Below are positions 30,001-42,864 of a DNA stretch of 64,000 nt, piece by piece. Positions within the stretch are counted from its first letter, which is position 1, and each line of letters opens with the position of its first letter. Origin of the DNA: the human T2T-CHM13v2.0 reference genome, Homo sapiens; assembly GCF_009914755.1 (NCBI RefSeq), contig NC_060945.1. One strand, 5' to 3'. Below the pieces are notes generated by a model. It was not told the DNA's origin. It worked only from the letters and a program-made list of their open reading frames with translations, and did not search any database. The position numbers and the translations under genes are program-made.

Positions 30001-32790
30001 TGCATTCCATACTATTCCATTCCATGCAATTCCAATCCATTCGATTCCATTCCATTCGAATCCATTCCACTTGATTAAATAATTCCATTCAGTTCCTTTC
30101 CTTTCCATTCCATTTCCTTCCATTCCATTGCATTCCATTCCATTCCATTCCATTGTTTTCCATTCCTTTCCATTCCATTCCATTCCATTCCATTTGATTC
30201 CAATCCAATCCATTCCATTCCATTCCTTTCTATTTCATTCCATTCAATTCCATTCCATTCAGTTCGATATCATTCCATTCGATTCGATTCGATTCCATTC
30301 CATTCCATTCGGTTACATTCAATTCTATTCCATTCCTTTCATTTCCATTCCATTCGATTCCATTCCATTCAGTTACATTACATTCGGTGTCATTCCATTT
30401 GATTCCATTCCACTGGATTCCATTCCATTCGATCCCACTCCATTCGATTCCATTGCATTCAAGTCCATTCCTTTGGAATCCATTGCGTTCCATTCCTTTC
30501 CATTCCATTAGATTTCATTCCATTCCATTGCCTTCCCTTTGATTCCATTCCATTCCATTTGATTCTGTTTGATTCCATTGCATTCAATTCCATATCATTC
30601 CATTCGATTCCATTCCATTCAATTCCATTCCAATCGATTGCATTCAATTCAATTCCATTCCATTCGTTTCCATTCCATTCTATTACATTCCATTCATTGC
30701 CATTCCATTCGATTACATTCTATTCGATTCCATTCCATTCCTGTCCATACCATTAGAGTACATGTCATTTGAGTCCATTTCATTCCCGTCCAGTCCATTC
30801 CGGTCCATTACATTCGAGTCCATTCCATTCGAATCCATTGCATTCCATTCCGTTCCATTCTAGTACATTCAGTTCCATTCCACTCCATTCTACTCCACTC
30901 CATTCCATTCCATTACACTCCATTCCATTCCATTCCATTCAATTCGATATCATTCCATTCGATTCCATTCCATTCAATTCCTTTCCACTCGATTACTTTC
31001 AATGCGATTCCACTCCCTTTGTTTGCATTCCATTCTTTGCCATTCCATTCGATTCCATTCTATTCAATTCCATTCCATTGGAGTCAATATCATTTGAGTC
31101 CGTATCATTTGAGTCCAGTTCATTCCCGTTCAGTCCATTCCAGTCAATTACATTCGAGTCCATTCCATTCGAATCCATTCCATTGCATTCCCTTCCATTC
31201 CATTCCAGTACATTCAATTCCATTCCAATCCATTCTACTCCACTCCATTCCATCCCATTCCAATCCATTCCATTCCATTCCACTCCACTCCATTTCATTC
31301 GACTCCACTCCACTCCACCCAACTCCATTCCTTTCCATTCCATTGCACTACACTCCACTCCAGTCCACTCTGCTCAATTCCATTCCTTCACAATCTATTC
31401 CGTTCCACTCCCTTCCACTCTAGGCCACTCCACTCCATTCAATTCCATTGCACCCTTTTCCATTCCCCTCCATTCCATGCCACTGCACTTTACCAAATTC
31501 CATTCCATTCCATTCGATGCCTTGCGTTTCCATTCCATGCGATTCCATTCCATACAATTCCATTCCATTCGAATCCATTCCATTTGTTTCCTTTCCATTT
31601 CATTCTATTCCATTCCATTCCATCGCATTCCATTCAACTCCACTTCACTCCATTCCACTCCACTTCATTCCATTCCATTCCACTCCATTCCTCTCCATTC
31701 CATTTCAATCTCTTCCACTCCATTTAATTCTATTCCCCTCCTCTCCAGTCCACTCCAATCCATTCCATTCCATTCCATTCCCCCCCACTCCATGCCATTC
31801 CACTCCATTCCAGTCTACTCCACTGCATTCCAGTCCACTCCACTCCACCCCATTACAATCTTTTCCCTTCAATTCCATTCCATTCCACTCCTCTCCATTC
31901 AATTTCCATCCATTCCATTCAATTCGAGGCCATTCCATTTGAGTCCATTCCATTGAAATCCATTCCATTCCATTCCATTAATTTCATTCCATTCCACTCC
32001 CCTACACTGCAATACACAACACTCCATTCTATTCCATTCCTTCCCTTTCCAGTCCGTTCCACTCCATTCCACTCCACTCCATTCAATTCCGTTACACCCA
32101 ATTCCATTCCAATCGATTCCACTCCACTCCACTTCACCGCATTCCATTCGATTCCATTTGATGCCATTCAATTCCATTCCACTCGATTACATTCCACTCA
32201 AATCCTTTCCATTTAACTCCATTCTTTCGATTCTATTCCATTTCAGTCCATTGCATTCCAGTCCATTCCATTCCAGTCCGTTCCATTCGAGTCATTGCAT
32301 TCCACTGCATTCCATTCCATTCCGTTCCATTTCATTCCATTCCACTCCACTCCACTCCAATCCATTCCATTCCATTCCATTCAATTCTATCCCGCTGCAC
32401 TCCACTCCACTCCACTCCATTTCATTCCACTCCACTCAATTCCATTCCCCTCCAATCTAGTAAAATCTGTTCCATTCCAATCCACTACACTCAACTCCAC
32501 TCCACTCCACTTCCCTCCGTTCCTTTGCATTCCGTTCCATTCCGCTCCACTCCAATCCACTACCTTGCATTCAGTTCCATCCTTCCCATTCCATTCCATT
32601 CCCCTCCATTCCACCCCACTCCAGTCCATTCAATTCCATTTCACACTATTCCATTCCAATCCATTCCTCTCCACTCCACTCCATTTCATTGCATTCCATT
32701 CGATTCTTTAGGATGCCATTCGATTCCATTCCATTCCATCCATTCCATTCGATTCCATTCCTTTCCATCCCATTCCATTCAAATTCAATT
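1..32790 (+). repeat. Human Satellite 3 (HSat3) array, diverged (CATTC)n/(GGAAT)n, CACTC-rich; open at the left window edge
   Basis: Continuous 5-bp periodicity CATTC with variants CACTC, GATTC, AATTC, GAGTC, CAGTC, CATTG. The + strand is strongly G-poor throughout, with no strand flip. It lacks the recurring CATTCGATGATGATTCC pattern of HSat2. The last pentamers end at ...aaattcaatt (32790). Confidence 0.97.
2691..2750 (-). mobile_element. Alu 3'-end fragment (~60 bp, AluS/J-like) embedded in HSat3
   Basis: tttcgagtggatctcactctgtcacccagactggagtgcagtggcacaatcttagctcac matches the reverse complement of the Alu right-arm end (TTTGAGACGGAGTCTCGCTCTGTCGCCCAGGCTGGAGTGCAGTGGCGCGATCTCGGCTCAC). Pentamers flank it on both sides. 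Confidence 0.93.
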
Positions 32791-34109
32791 AGGATAAGTG
32801 CACTTGAATCAAGACAAGGTATAAATAAAATACCTAAAATAATAATACCTAGACTCAAAATTTAAATCATGGCATCATGGGTAGGTAATACAGTTCTATG
32901 TTTAGCACATCAATAAGTTATTACCATATTTAGGAGCTCAGATGGGTGGAAAGATGTCATGTAACACTGTGCTTAACTATCAATTTAGAATTCAAAATTA
33001 GATGTAATTAACTACATCCTTTAACTCTGGTAGCATTACTAAATTTCATAAACCATTTCTAAATATTTTAAATTGTAGTTGGTATCATATTAATATGTAA
33101 ACGTGTAATACCCATCAATTTGTAGGTACCCTTATACCACTTAATTTCATATGTCAAAATCTTGTAAACTTGAATGACTGCAGTGCAAAAGTAATTAAGT
33201 GTACCAGACAGCAACACCTATCAGGTAGTCAAAGCACTTCCCATTGTATAATGAGATGAAGCAGAAAGAGTGTATCTTAAGAGAGTGTGCAGAGCAGCCC
33301 CATATGCAGAGGAAGCAGTGAGGCGAATTTTTTTTCTTCTTTAGAGAAGTCCCAGGAAATGGAAATTAAGTAAGCTTCAGCCTATTACGTAGTGCATTTT
33401 CCATAAATAGAGAATAAAACCTTACTGCTTTAACATGCTTCAAGCCCCAGTGGAGACACTGAAGGAAAATTATACAAGTTTTGCAGCAGATTTCAGGGTC
33501 CCAGGGAGGTGGAGTTGACTGTCAGTGACAAAGCGGTTTTATTTAAGTAGGAAAAATGAATCATTATCACCTTTGACTAGAAAAATAACATTATCACCCT
33601 CACACATGGAGCACTGAGGGATTCACTAAATGTCTTTTGTGTCATATGAAGCACACAGGTTTTAATTAACTCCTTGTTGTAGAAGGTACTATCACGGGTA
33701 TTTGTTTTTTTGGACACACTCATGGAATGTTTTTTTCTGTAGCTACAGAAAGCCTTCAGTTATCCCATTTTCCATCAAGATGAGGACTTGCCTCACTTTC
33801 ACCATGCAGTCCAGAGGTTTCTAATGAACACATTTTTAAATATAGATTGGACACTATTCAAAAGACTGACCTGACTTCGAAACAGTGGCTTCCAGATCTC
33901 CCAGATATGTGACTGTTCATGAAGGTGTGTCAAGAACCTCCACATTTTCCCACTTCTTCCTTGCAGTTCAGAGACATTTTATTCTCTATCCATTAGTTTA
34001 ATTATGGATATCTTAATTACCTTGCAGTCACTTTGTGAAATGAATAAAATCACTCCTAATTTTGTTAATCCAATCACTTTTTGCCTTTAGACAAAAGTTG
34101 TGTCCCAAT

Positions 34110-34440
34110 GAAGACATTTTATGCAGCTACCAAGTACTATATGCTGGAGGCTGAGTTCAAAGTATAAAAACTCTCATTCTCTAATCTTGAGGAGCTAATG
34201 ATCTTGTATCTATGCATGGGTGAGTGACTAAAAGAATGAACGAAATTGTGAAAAATTGAGTAATGAAGTATATACATCATGGACCCGAAGAAAGCACTAG
34301 TTTAATCTCCTTGATAGGATTGAGAAAGTTTTCATATATAAGGTAGAATTTTAGCTGGAGTTTGGAAGATTGGTCAAATTTTAGTAAGAAAAGAAGAGGT
34401 AAATGGTTGTAATTTAATAAAATAGGATGAGCTAGACTTG
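34110..34440 (-). mobile_element. Old L2 fragment (3' region)
   Basis: Degenerate L2-antisense-like motifs, e.g. tcttgaggagctaatgatcttgta and gaaagttttcatatataaggtagaattttagctggagtttggaagat. Boundaries approximate. Confidence 0.4.
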
Positions 34441-34867
34441 TCTGTTGTTTTGGTATGCATAGATACGGTTTAAAATCGCATGAAAACCATGCTGGTATAA
34501 TGAAAGTTTTTCTGTAGGCAATGTAAGATTATGTAGAAACATTTATTAGCTTTCTCATTCAATGCTAACAGGCTAGGAGTGACAGAGGAAAAGACAAACC
34601 AAAAGAGACAAAGGGGATTGTTATTCTCTAAACAAAGTTCTTGTAATTGTAATTTTTGTACTTCTAACAATGTTTTCATGTCCTCTAAATTAAGGAACCT
34701 AATGTGGTACAACTGCTAGAAATTGTGTTCATTAGGAAAACCTACAATTCATTGTGGTTTAATGTGTTTTGTTTTATAATTGTTCCTAAAATAACATAAC
34801 TTTTTATATATAAAAGAAACTTACATTAATAAATATCTGTCTAGTCATATTAGGAAGAATAACAAAA

Positions 34868-35085
34868 TGGAAGATAGATTTTGGTTCAGGAAAACTGGGC
34901 ACACTTGGGTTTCAATCCCAACTATTACTTCTACTTGCCATGTGACCATGTTCAAATTATTTAGGCATTTTAAGTCTTCTTTTTCTCAAGTCCAAAACTG
35001 GTTTAAAATTTTTATCTCAGATGTTGTTAAAAATTAAATGAGATAATATATGTAAAATGTTTGGAGAAAATACTACTTATTAAAC
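34868..35085 (+). mobile_element. MIR SINE
   Basis: MIR core-like cttgggtttcaatccca...gccatgtgaccatgttcaaattattta and gttgttaaaaattaaatgagataatatatgtaaaatg. Confidence 0.75.
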
Positions 35086-35224
35086 TTTGTTGTGATTCAT
35101 GAGCTCATGAAAATATCTTTAAGATGGAGGGTGACTATAATTATCATATTTAGCATTATATATATTGCAATTGTATTTCCCAGTTTTAGGAGAAACTAAA
35201 GCAGACTAACATATATTGAATTTC

Positions 35225-35322
35225 ATATATATATGTGGAATATATGGATAGATAGGTTGATTTCCATATATGTGTGTATATAGAGAGAGACAGAGTGTGA
35301 GAGAGACAATGACAGAGAGAAA
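35225..35322. repeat. Degenerate (TA)n/(TG)n/(GA)n microsatellite cluster
   Basis: atatatatatgtgg...atatatgtgtgtatatagagagagacagagtgtgagagagac. Confidence 0.7.
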
Positions 35323-35757
35323 GAAAAACAAAAAGTCTATAACCTGAATTCTGTTATAATTGGTATAGAGTACAAAAGACTTAAGCAATTGTACATTACT
35401 ATTTATTTCCTTCCCCTCACAAGAAAAATTAAGTAAAAAAATTATACTCACTTTAAGATCTTATACTTCAATTTTAACAACTTTTTCCTTTACCTGAGGT
35501 TATCATCTTTGAAATTCAACTTTGGGGCCCTTGTTGTCATATTTCAAACTTTGGCAACAGGCCCACAGACTTTTTCTCAACCTTAATTTATTTTATAATC
35601 TTTGTTGAAAACTTCTAGTGAATGATGCATCCAATATCATACCTCTGTTCTTGAACTTGTTTCTAATAACTATTCCTCACCATCATTTCAGATACCTATT
35701 CCAGGGACATAACTTTTTTATACTTATAATTATTTTAGCTGGAAAATCAATCATGCA

Positions 35758-35939
35758 GATATTCAATTTCTTAACTCCTTTACTTTCCACCTTATAGCTT
35801 ATTTGTTCAAATACTCCTACTCTGATTTTATCAGAAGGCTGAATTTATTAAGCCAATTAATAAAAATAAAATCAGAGTAGGAGTATTTGAACAAATAAGC
35901 TATAAGGTGGAAAGTAAAGGAGTTAAGGAATTGAATATC
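35758..35939. repeat. Long inverted repeat: 74-bp arms, 1 mismatch, 34-bp spacer
   Basis: 35758-35831 is the reverse complement of 35866-35939 at 73/74 positions, read by hand. Confidence 0.95.
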
Positions 35940-37943
35940 CTCAATTTCAAAAATCCTCTTCTTAGTATGATTCTTTTTTCAGCTTATATTCCATGGCTCA
36001 TAGTTCAATAAGATTTTTTACATTATTCTAAAAGCCCATGCATTTTTTTCTTTCCATTATACTAATCTGAAGAAAAAGCTATCTGATTTCTCTCTACATA
36101 AAATATCAGGACACATTATTCCTACTACAAAATGATCATCCCAAAATTGAAATAATCCCTCATCACTTCAATTCTAGGCAAGATATCTGGTCAACTAATT
36201 TTCGTTCAATTTCAAATCTTTCAAAGATTGTTCATACACTTCAAAATCTATTTCTACATTTTCTATTAGACATGTAGTCATTTTCTCTGAATACCAAATT
36301 TATATACATAATTTTACATTTGGATGCAATCTGTTCTGTTATAATAAAGTAGCTGTTTCTTCTGCTATCTAATCTTTGTATTGAATTGCATATTTTCTTG
36401 TCTCTCAAGAAAATTATTCTATCAATTCTCTCATCTCTCTCTGTCCTTCTTTCCACCCTATTTATTTTCTTCCTTTGAAGCTTCCTGAGACATACAATCC
36501 TGTTTTACCTTCTATTTCCCCAGCATATAATAATGCTTATCAGTTACAAGTAATATACACTTCTATTTAGTAATAAATGCCAATATAAATAATTTAAAAG
36601 AAGATACTACACTGCTATAAAGTAGGCAAGTTTAATTGAATGTTAATTCTGCCTTTTAAGAGACTCATGTATGTGTTCATTAAGCATCAATTATTGTGAA
36701 CATTACGCAGATTTAGGATTGCTTTAAGAATTCTATTTTAAAATTGTTATTGTGGTTAAATACATATAGAATAAAATTTTCTATTTTACCTTCCTCTCAA
36801 TGCATAATTCAGAAGCATGAGTTGCATTTACAATGTTGTGAAACCATAATCATTACCTATTTTTAAAACTTTTTCATCACCCAAATAGAACTTCATAACA
36901 AACAATAACTTTCCATTCTATCTTCCCTCAGCCCCTGAGAACCTCTAATCTCTTTCTTTCTCTGTAATTTTACTTGTTCTAGATATTTTATACAAGTGTG
37001 TCAGAAAATATTTGTCCTTTTATGTCTGGCTTTTTTCATTTGGTATAATGTTTTCTAGTTTATATCTGTTATGGCAATACATCAGAATTTCATTCCATTT
37101 TCTGGCTGAATAATATTCTACTATATGTATACATCACCTTTTGTCCATTCATTCATTTGTTGATGAACACCTGGATTGTTTTCATCTTTTGGCTCTGTGA
37201 ATAATGCCACAATAAGCAGTGACATACAAGTAGGTGAAACTTTGTTTCCAGTTTTGGGGGGTATATAACAAAGCCCAAAATTGCTTGGGTTATGTGGTAA
37301 TTCTATGTGTAGCTTTCTGAGAGACCATAAAACTCTTTTCAACAGTGACTGCAACATTTTACATTTCTGCCAGCAAGGTGCAATTGTTCTAATTCCTCCA
37401 CATCTTTGCCAACTCTCGTTATTTTCTTTTATTTTATTATAGCTATCCTAGTAGGTATAAAGTAGTATCTTATGGTTTAGATTTCCCTAAAGACTAATAA
37501 TATTGGACATGTTTGTATGTGCTTATTTGTATATCTTCTTTGTATAGATGTTTATCAAGTCCTTGGGTCATTTTATAAATTGGGTCATATGTTATTTTGT
37601 TGAGTTTTAGGAGTTCTTTATGTCTCAGGTATTTAGTTTCCATAAGATATGTGTTTTAGAGATATTTTATCCCAATCTGTACCTTTACTTTTTCACTTTC
37701 TTGATCATATCCTTTAATAAATAAAGTATTTTAATTTTGTAAAGTCAAATATATATATTTGACTTTCAAATTTATATACATACTTCTACATTTGGATGCA
37801 ATCTGTCCTGTTATACATTGCTTTTGTATTATACATGGCTGCTGTATTATGCATGCTTGTGTATTGTACATTGAGAAGAAGGTAAAATAGGAAATTTTAT
37901 TTTATACATATTTAACCACAACAACAATTTAAAAAAGAGAATT

Positions 37944-38241
<298 letters not shown>

Positions 38242-38334
38242 AAAAAATAGAATTCTTAAAGAAATCCTAAATCTGTGTAAAGTTCACAATAATTGATGCT
38301 TAATGAACAGGTACATGAGTCTCTTGAAAGTCAA

Positions 38335-38390
38335 ATATACATATATATGTATATATACATATATATATGTGTATATATATATAGTTATAT
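38335..38390. repeat. (TA)n-type microsatellite
   Basis: atatacatatatatgtatatatacatatatatatgtgtatatatatatag. Confidence 0.8.
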
Positions 38391-41300
38391 AGTTACTCAT
38401 GCTTTGGTGTCATATGTAAAAATCCATTGACAAATCTAAGGCCCAGAATATTTATGCCTATGTCTTCTAAAAGTTTTTCGATGTTAACTCTTACATTTAT
38501 GTCATTGATTCATTTTGAGTTAATGTTTTATATGGTGTGAAGTAGGGGACCAGCTTCATTCTTCTCAATGTGGAAGTCCAGTTGGCCCATCACCTTTTGA
38601 TGAAGATGCTGCTTTTCTATTATAGACTTGTCACCCTTTTCAGAAATCAGCTGCTAATAGACACATAAATTTATTTCTGACTCTCAAATATTGAATTGAT
38701 CTATATAACTATCCTTATACCAATCCCAAATGTTTTTTATTAGGGCTTCTTTGTAATAATTTTTAAAATTTAGAAATTGTGAGCCCTCTAAATTTGTTCT
38801 TTCTCAAAATTATTTTGACCATTTGGATCCCCTTGCAATTTCACATAACTTAAGGATCAGCTTTCTGCATTTCTGCAAAAAAAAAAAGGCAGTTGCAATT
38901 TTGATATGGATTGGCTTGAATTTGTAGATAACTCTATGTGGTACTGATGTCTTAAAATATTAAGTCTTCGACCCCATGAGCATGGCTGCCTTTCCATTTA
39001 AATAAGTGTTTAGTTTTTTTCATCTGTGCTTTATATTTTTCAGTGTATATTAAAATGTTTGTTAATCTATTTAACTTTCTTGGTTAAATTTGTTCTAAAG
39101 TATTTTTATGTTTTGAATGATATTGTAAAGTGAATTACTATTTAAATTTCGTTTGCAAACTGTTCATTGCAAATGTGTAGAAATACATTCAATTTTTGTA
39201 TGTTGATTTTGCACGTGGCAATTGGGCTGAATTTGTTTCTTAGTAACTTTCTTGTGGATTTTGAGAGATGTTTCTACATATAAGAACATGTCATATGTGA
39301 ATAGATATATCTTTATTTTTTTCCTTTTAAATTGGGGGACCTTTTATTTATTGTCCTTGCCTACTTGCTCTGTCTAGAACTTCCAATATAATGTGGAATA
39401 GCAATGATGAAAGTGGGAATCTTTGTCTTATTTCTATCTTAGTGAGAGGCTTTCATTTTGACTTTGTATACAATATACGGAGGGGAAAAAAAAGGAAAAA
39501 TTGTGCTTCTTAAAATGTCTTAAAACAAATTTGTTAAATATTTTATTACTGATTATTTTTAAATGATGTATATCCTAAAAAATCAGGAACCACGTATTAA
39601 AATGTTTAAAATGTTAAAATATTAGAACAATTGCCTAGGACCAAATTTACCCAACATCAAAAGCTTATAAAAGCTCTTCATTTTATAACTTTCAGGAGGA
39701 TCTCATATATCTGAGTGGAAACACTTACATTAATTGTAATACAACGTTAGTTGTAAGTATTTTCAAGTGTTTAGCAATTATTGCTGTTAGTAGATATTAA
39801 CAAATATTTCAAATTTTTTTGCTTTATTGCTGAGTGAATAATCATGTATAAAGTTATCCTCACTTCATTGTTAAAGATTAAAATATTATCTAGGCTTTTA
39901 TAAAGCACATTAAGATTGCATGCAATGCACTAAATTAACAAAATATTATTTTTAAGAAATAAAAATAAGGTAAAATGATAATGTAATAAGTATATCTTAG
40001 AGAGTCAGTTGCTTTTATACAAACAACAATAATGAGCATAGCTGAATGTGCTGATTCTCTGAATCCATGATAAAAATATCTTATCCGTGGATAACAATCC
40101 ATGATTCTCTGAATTCACAATGAAAAAACATTTTATTAACCTTTAAACTACAAAATAAATAAGGAAAAAGTGAAAACTTTAGAGATTTTAGATAATTAAA
40201 ATAATTGAAGTCTCAAATTCACTAAGCAGTCTTAGGCATTAAAAAAACAATGGCATGATACTTTCAAGTAGATCAACAAAAGTAAACAAAAAAATAACCT
40301 GGGGTTTGGGGATTCACTTGTGGTTGTAATAGATAAATTAAAATATCAAAGCTAGTTTTTTTCTCATTCAGAGTTGCAAATATTAAAATAACCAAAACAT
40401 TATAATAACCAATATGTTAATTAAATATATCTGTGATTATATAAAACTTGTTTCTATTTGAAAATATTGCTGAAAGTGCACGCATTATTTGTCAACAATT
40501 TATTTCTCAAATTAGAATAGTTGTATTACATTCTGAACAATTTATATGCTTTAAATGTAAATAATCTAATTGTGGTTTAATTTTCAAAATTGCCTCTATG
40601 TAAAATTCCAAAGTTGCTTATTTTCTCCTTCAACAAAATGATGTGAAGTATTAGTTCACTTAATATAATGAAAGTAAAGAACATTGTTCACAAGTTGATT
40701 GTGGAAGAAAAACACATAGGCAGCTCTCCATGTCATTGGTCAATACCATATTTTCTTAAAAGATCAGAGTCTGGAAGTATAGATGTAAAGTTGATTTCAA
40801 TACTTCTTGTCTTAAAATCCAGGCTATCTTAGTCACCCACTGGAACTTTCCACCTGGGACATATATATAAATGGATCAGAGTTCTGTTGGCTGATGTAAT
40901 TTAATCAAATTCTGCACATTTGCAACTGGCTTTATACTAAGCTGTTTGATTTGTCCTTCTTGAATATATTATAGATTATTAAATCTATTTAACATCTAAT
41001 GTCAACAAGTTTTACAAATAATTCTGTATCACTTTACTCATCGAATCTAAATGTTCCTCCCATTAGAAACTTAAATAAAAATATTCCAGTGTGCAGCTTT
41101 AACTAGAAACTTCATCAAATATCTGATATTCACAGACAAAAAGCTGCATTGGGAACAACATAGATTTTATTCCTTATAACAGATACAAGATCCTTGAGAA
41201 TAAAAATTTTATAAGAGAATAATTTAACATATATTATTACCATAACAAGACAACCCCTTATTAAGATTTAAAGAATGTCAAAGGAAGCGGGATTCTTTCA

Positions 41301-41634
41301 TTTACATTATATTGCTTAATAATTCTACAAAATAGAACATTGTATGGTCCCAGAGGTACAGTAAGAGATTTGAATATAAACTTAGACAAAACTTCTAGAT
41401 ATAGATAAATTTATTTAATTCTCATAAAATTACCAACGAAGAACTAATCCATTACGTGACTCACTGAAATCTTTATAAATTAACATTTTTGGTATGTGAG
41501 TGTTATTTCATATGCCAAAAAATATCCTTTACAATTAATGGCACTGTTTAATACAGTAATTTCAAAAATTGATTCTCACTTATTACAATTATATTAATAA
41601 CACTCATGGTAATACTATGATCATAATCATGGTA

Positions 41635-41840
41635 AAATACTAATTGAGAACTGTAAGTTCTAGGCCCTGTATTACATACTTTACACATTTTCTCATATGA
41701 TTCTTAAAAAACCTGAAGTGGTAGCTATTATTATGAGCATGTTTTACATATAATCACATAGGCTAAGGTTGTTAAATATATTTTTTAAGGTAACAAAGCT
41801 ACTAAGTGTTGAGCAGAGATTCAAACATCAGTCTGACCCA
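41635..41840 (-). mobile_element. MIR SINE
   Basis: actttacacattttctcatatgattctta...gtagctattattatgagcatgttttaca...aaggtaacaaagctactaagtgttgagcagagattcaaac resembles antisense MIR. Confidence 0.7.
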
Positions 41841-42864
41841 ATAAATTGCATAAGAAATACAAGTGACAAGGAACTAATATCCATATGTGTTTCAAAATGC
41901 AAGCCACAACCTACTAATAGTTCATGAACTCAACTAAGGCTCTTCATCAGTATTCTTTACCATAATAAAATTTAATAAGTTATAAATATTAGACCATATC
42001 ATAATAGTAAGGATATAATTGATTCATGAATTTATTTTCAGATATATTCTATTGATGAATTAACACAAAACCAGAGTTAAACATTTTTACAATGCTGAGT
42101 TCTATTAACTCCATGAAAGAGTACATGCACCATTTAAAAAATTACCAAGTCATCTGCAGAAGGCAAAAAGTCAGTTTTTAAGTGCTAGAAAGTGAGAGTT
42201 CATGAATGCTGTGCTTATTAAGCATTAAAAATTAGTATCCTGGAGAGGATAGAAATCAAATGACCAGCATATAGTTGGATAAAATGAATTTCACTCTTCA
42301 TTGATAAGGAAAAAGTCTTCACTTTGTGTCCAGTAAGGGTTTGTAATCTTGGTGATATTCAACAGTCATGGTCCTTTACAAGCTTTGATTGATTAATTAC
42401 AGCAGTGATAAACACAATAATCATTTTTGATATTTTATAGGGAATTGCCACTATAGGTTGTATGTTCAAAGTAAGCAACAATTTTCTTATGGTCCTTTCC
42501 TTAATCTCTATTGTAGAGTAATGATACAAGGAACGATATATGGTCAGATATTTTTGGTCAATACTTACATCTTGGGTTTAGATTTTTAGTGGATATGTTT
42601 TGTTTATCCATATACCTTCAATTTCACTTTAATGCATGATCCATAAAATAGTTACTCTACTAAAACTGTTAATAATACCCTGATCACAGCAACAATTAAT
42701 CATATTCTTTCATTTGTACATGGCCAAATCATTAAAAAAAGATCCTGTGGGCAGGTGTGTCACATTTTGGAAAACCAATTGGCTTCCTTATCAATTTTAC
42801 ATAGAGTCTTCTTAACCTACAATCAAGGATTTCAAAGGATTAAATATTTAATCTACTTACAAGT

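Noticed and set aside
1-32790. HSat2 or bona fide DYZ1 assignment
   Set aside because: There is no recurring GATGAT HSat2 signature. DYZ1 would show near-identical ~3.6-kb units each with an Alu fragment, whereas here there is one fragment and high divergence.
29-32858. Hundreds of ORFs up to 634 aa (HSIPF... on +, MEWNG... on -)
   Set aside because: Pure CATTC/GAATG repeats contain no stop codon in any frame and translate to a 5-residue cycle. The ORFs overlap in all frames and have no domain content.
35096-35111. 16-bp palindrome ttcatgagctcatgaa (also aagtgcactt at 32796-32805)
   Set aside because: An 8-bp-arm palindrome is expected about once by chance in ~31 kb of AT-rich DNA; the 10-bp one is expected many times.
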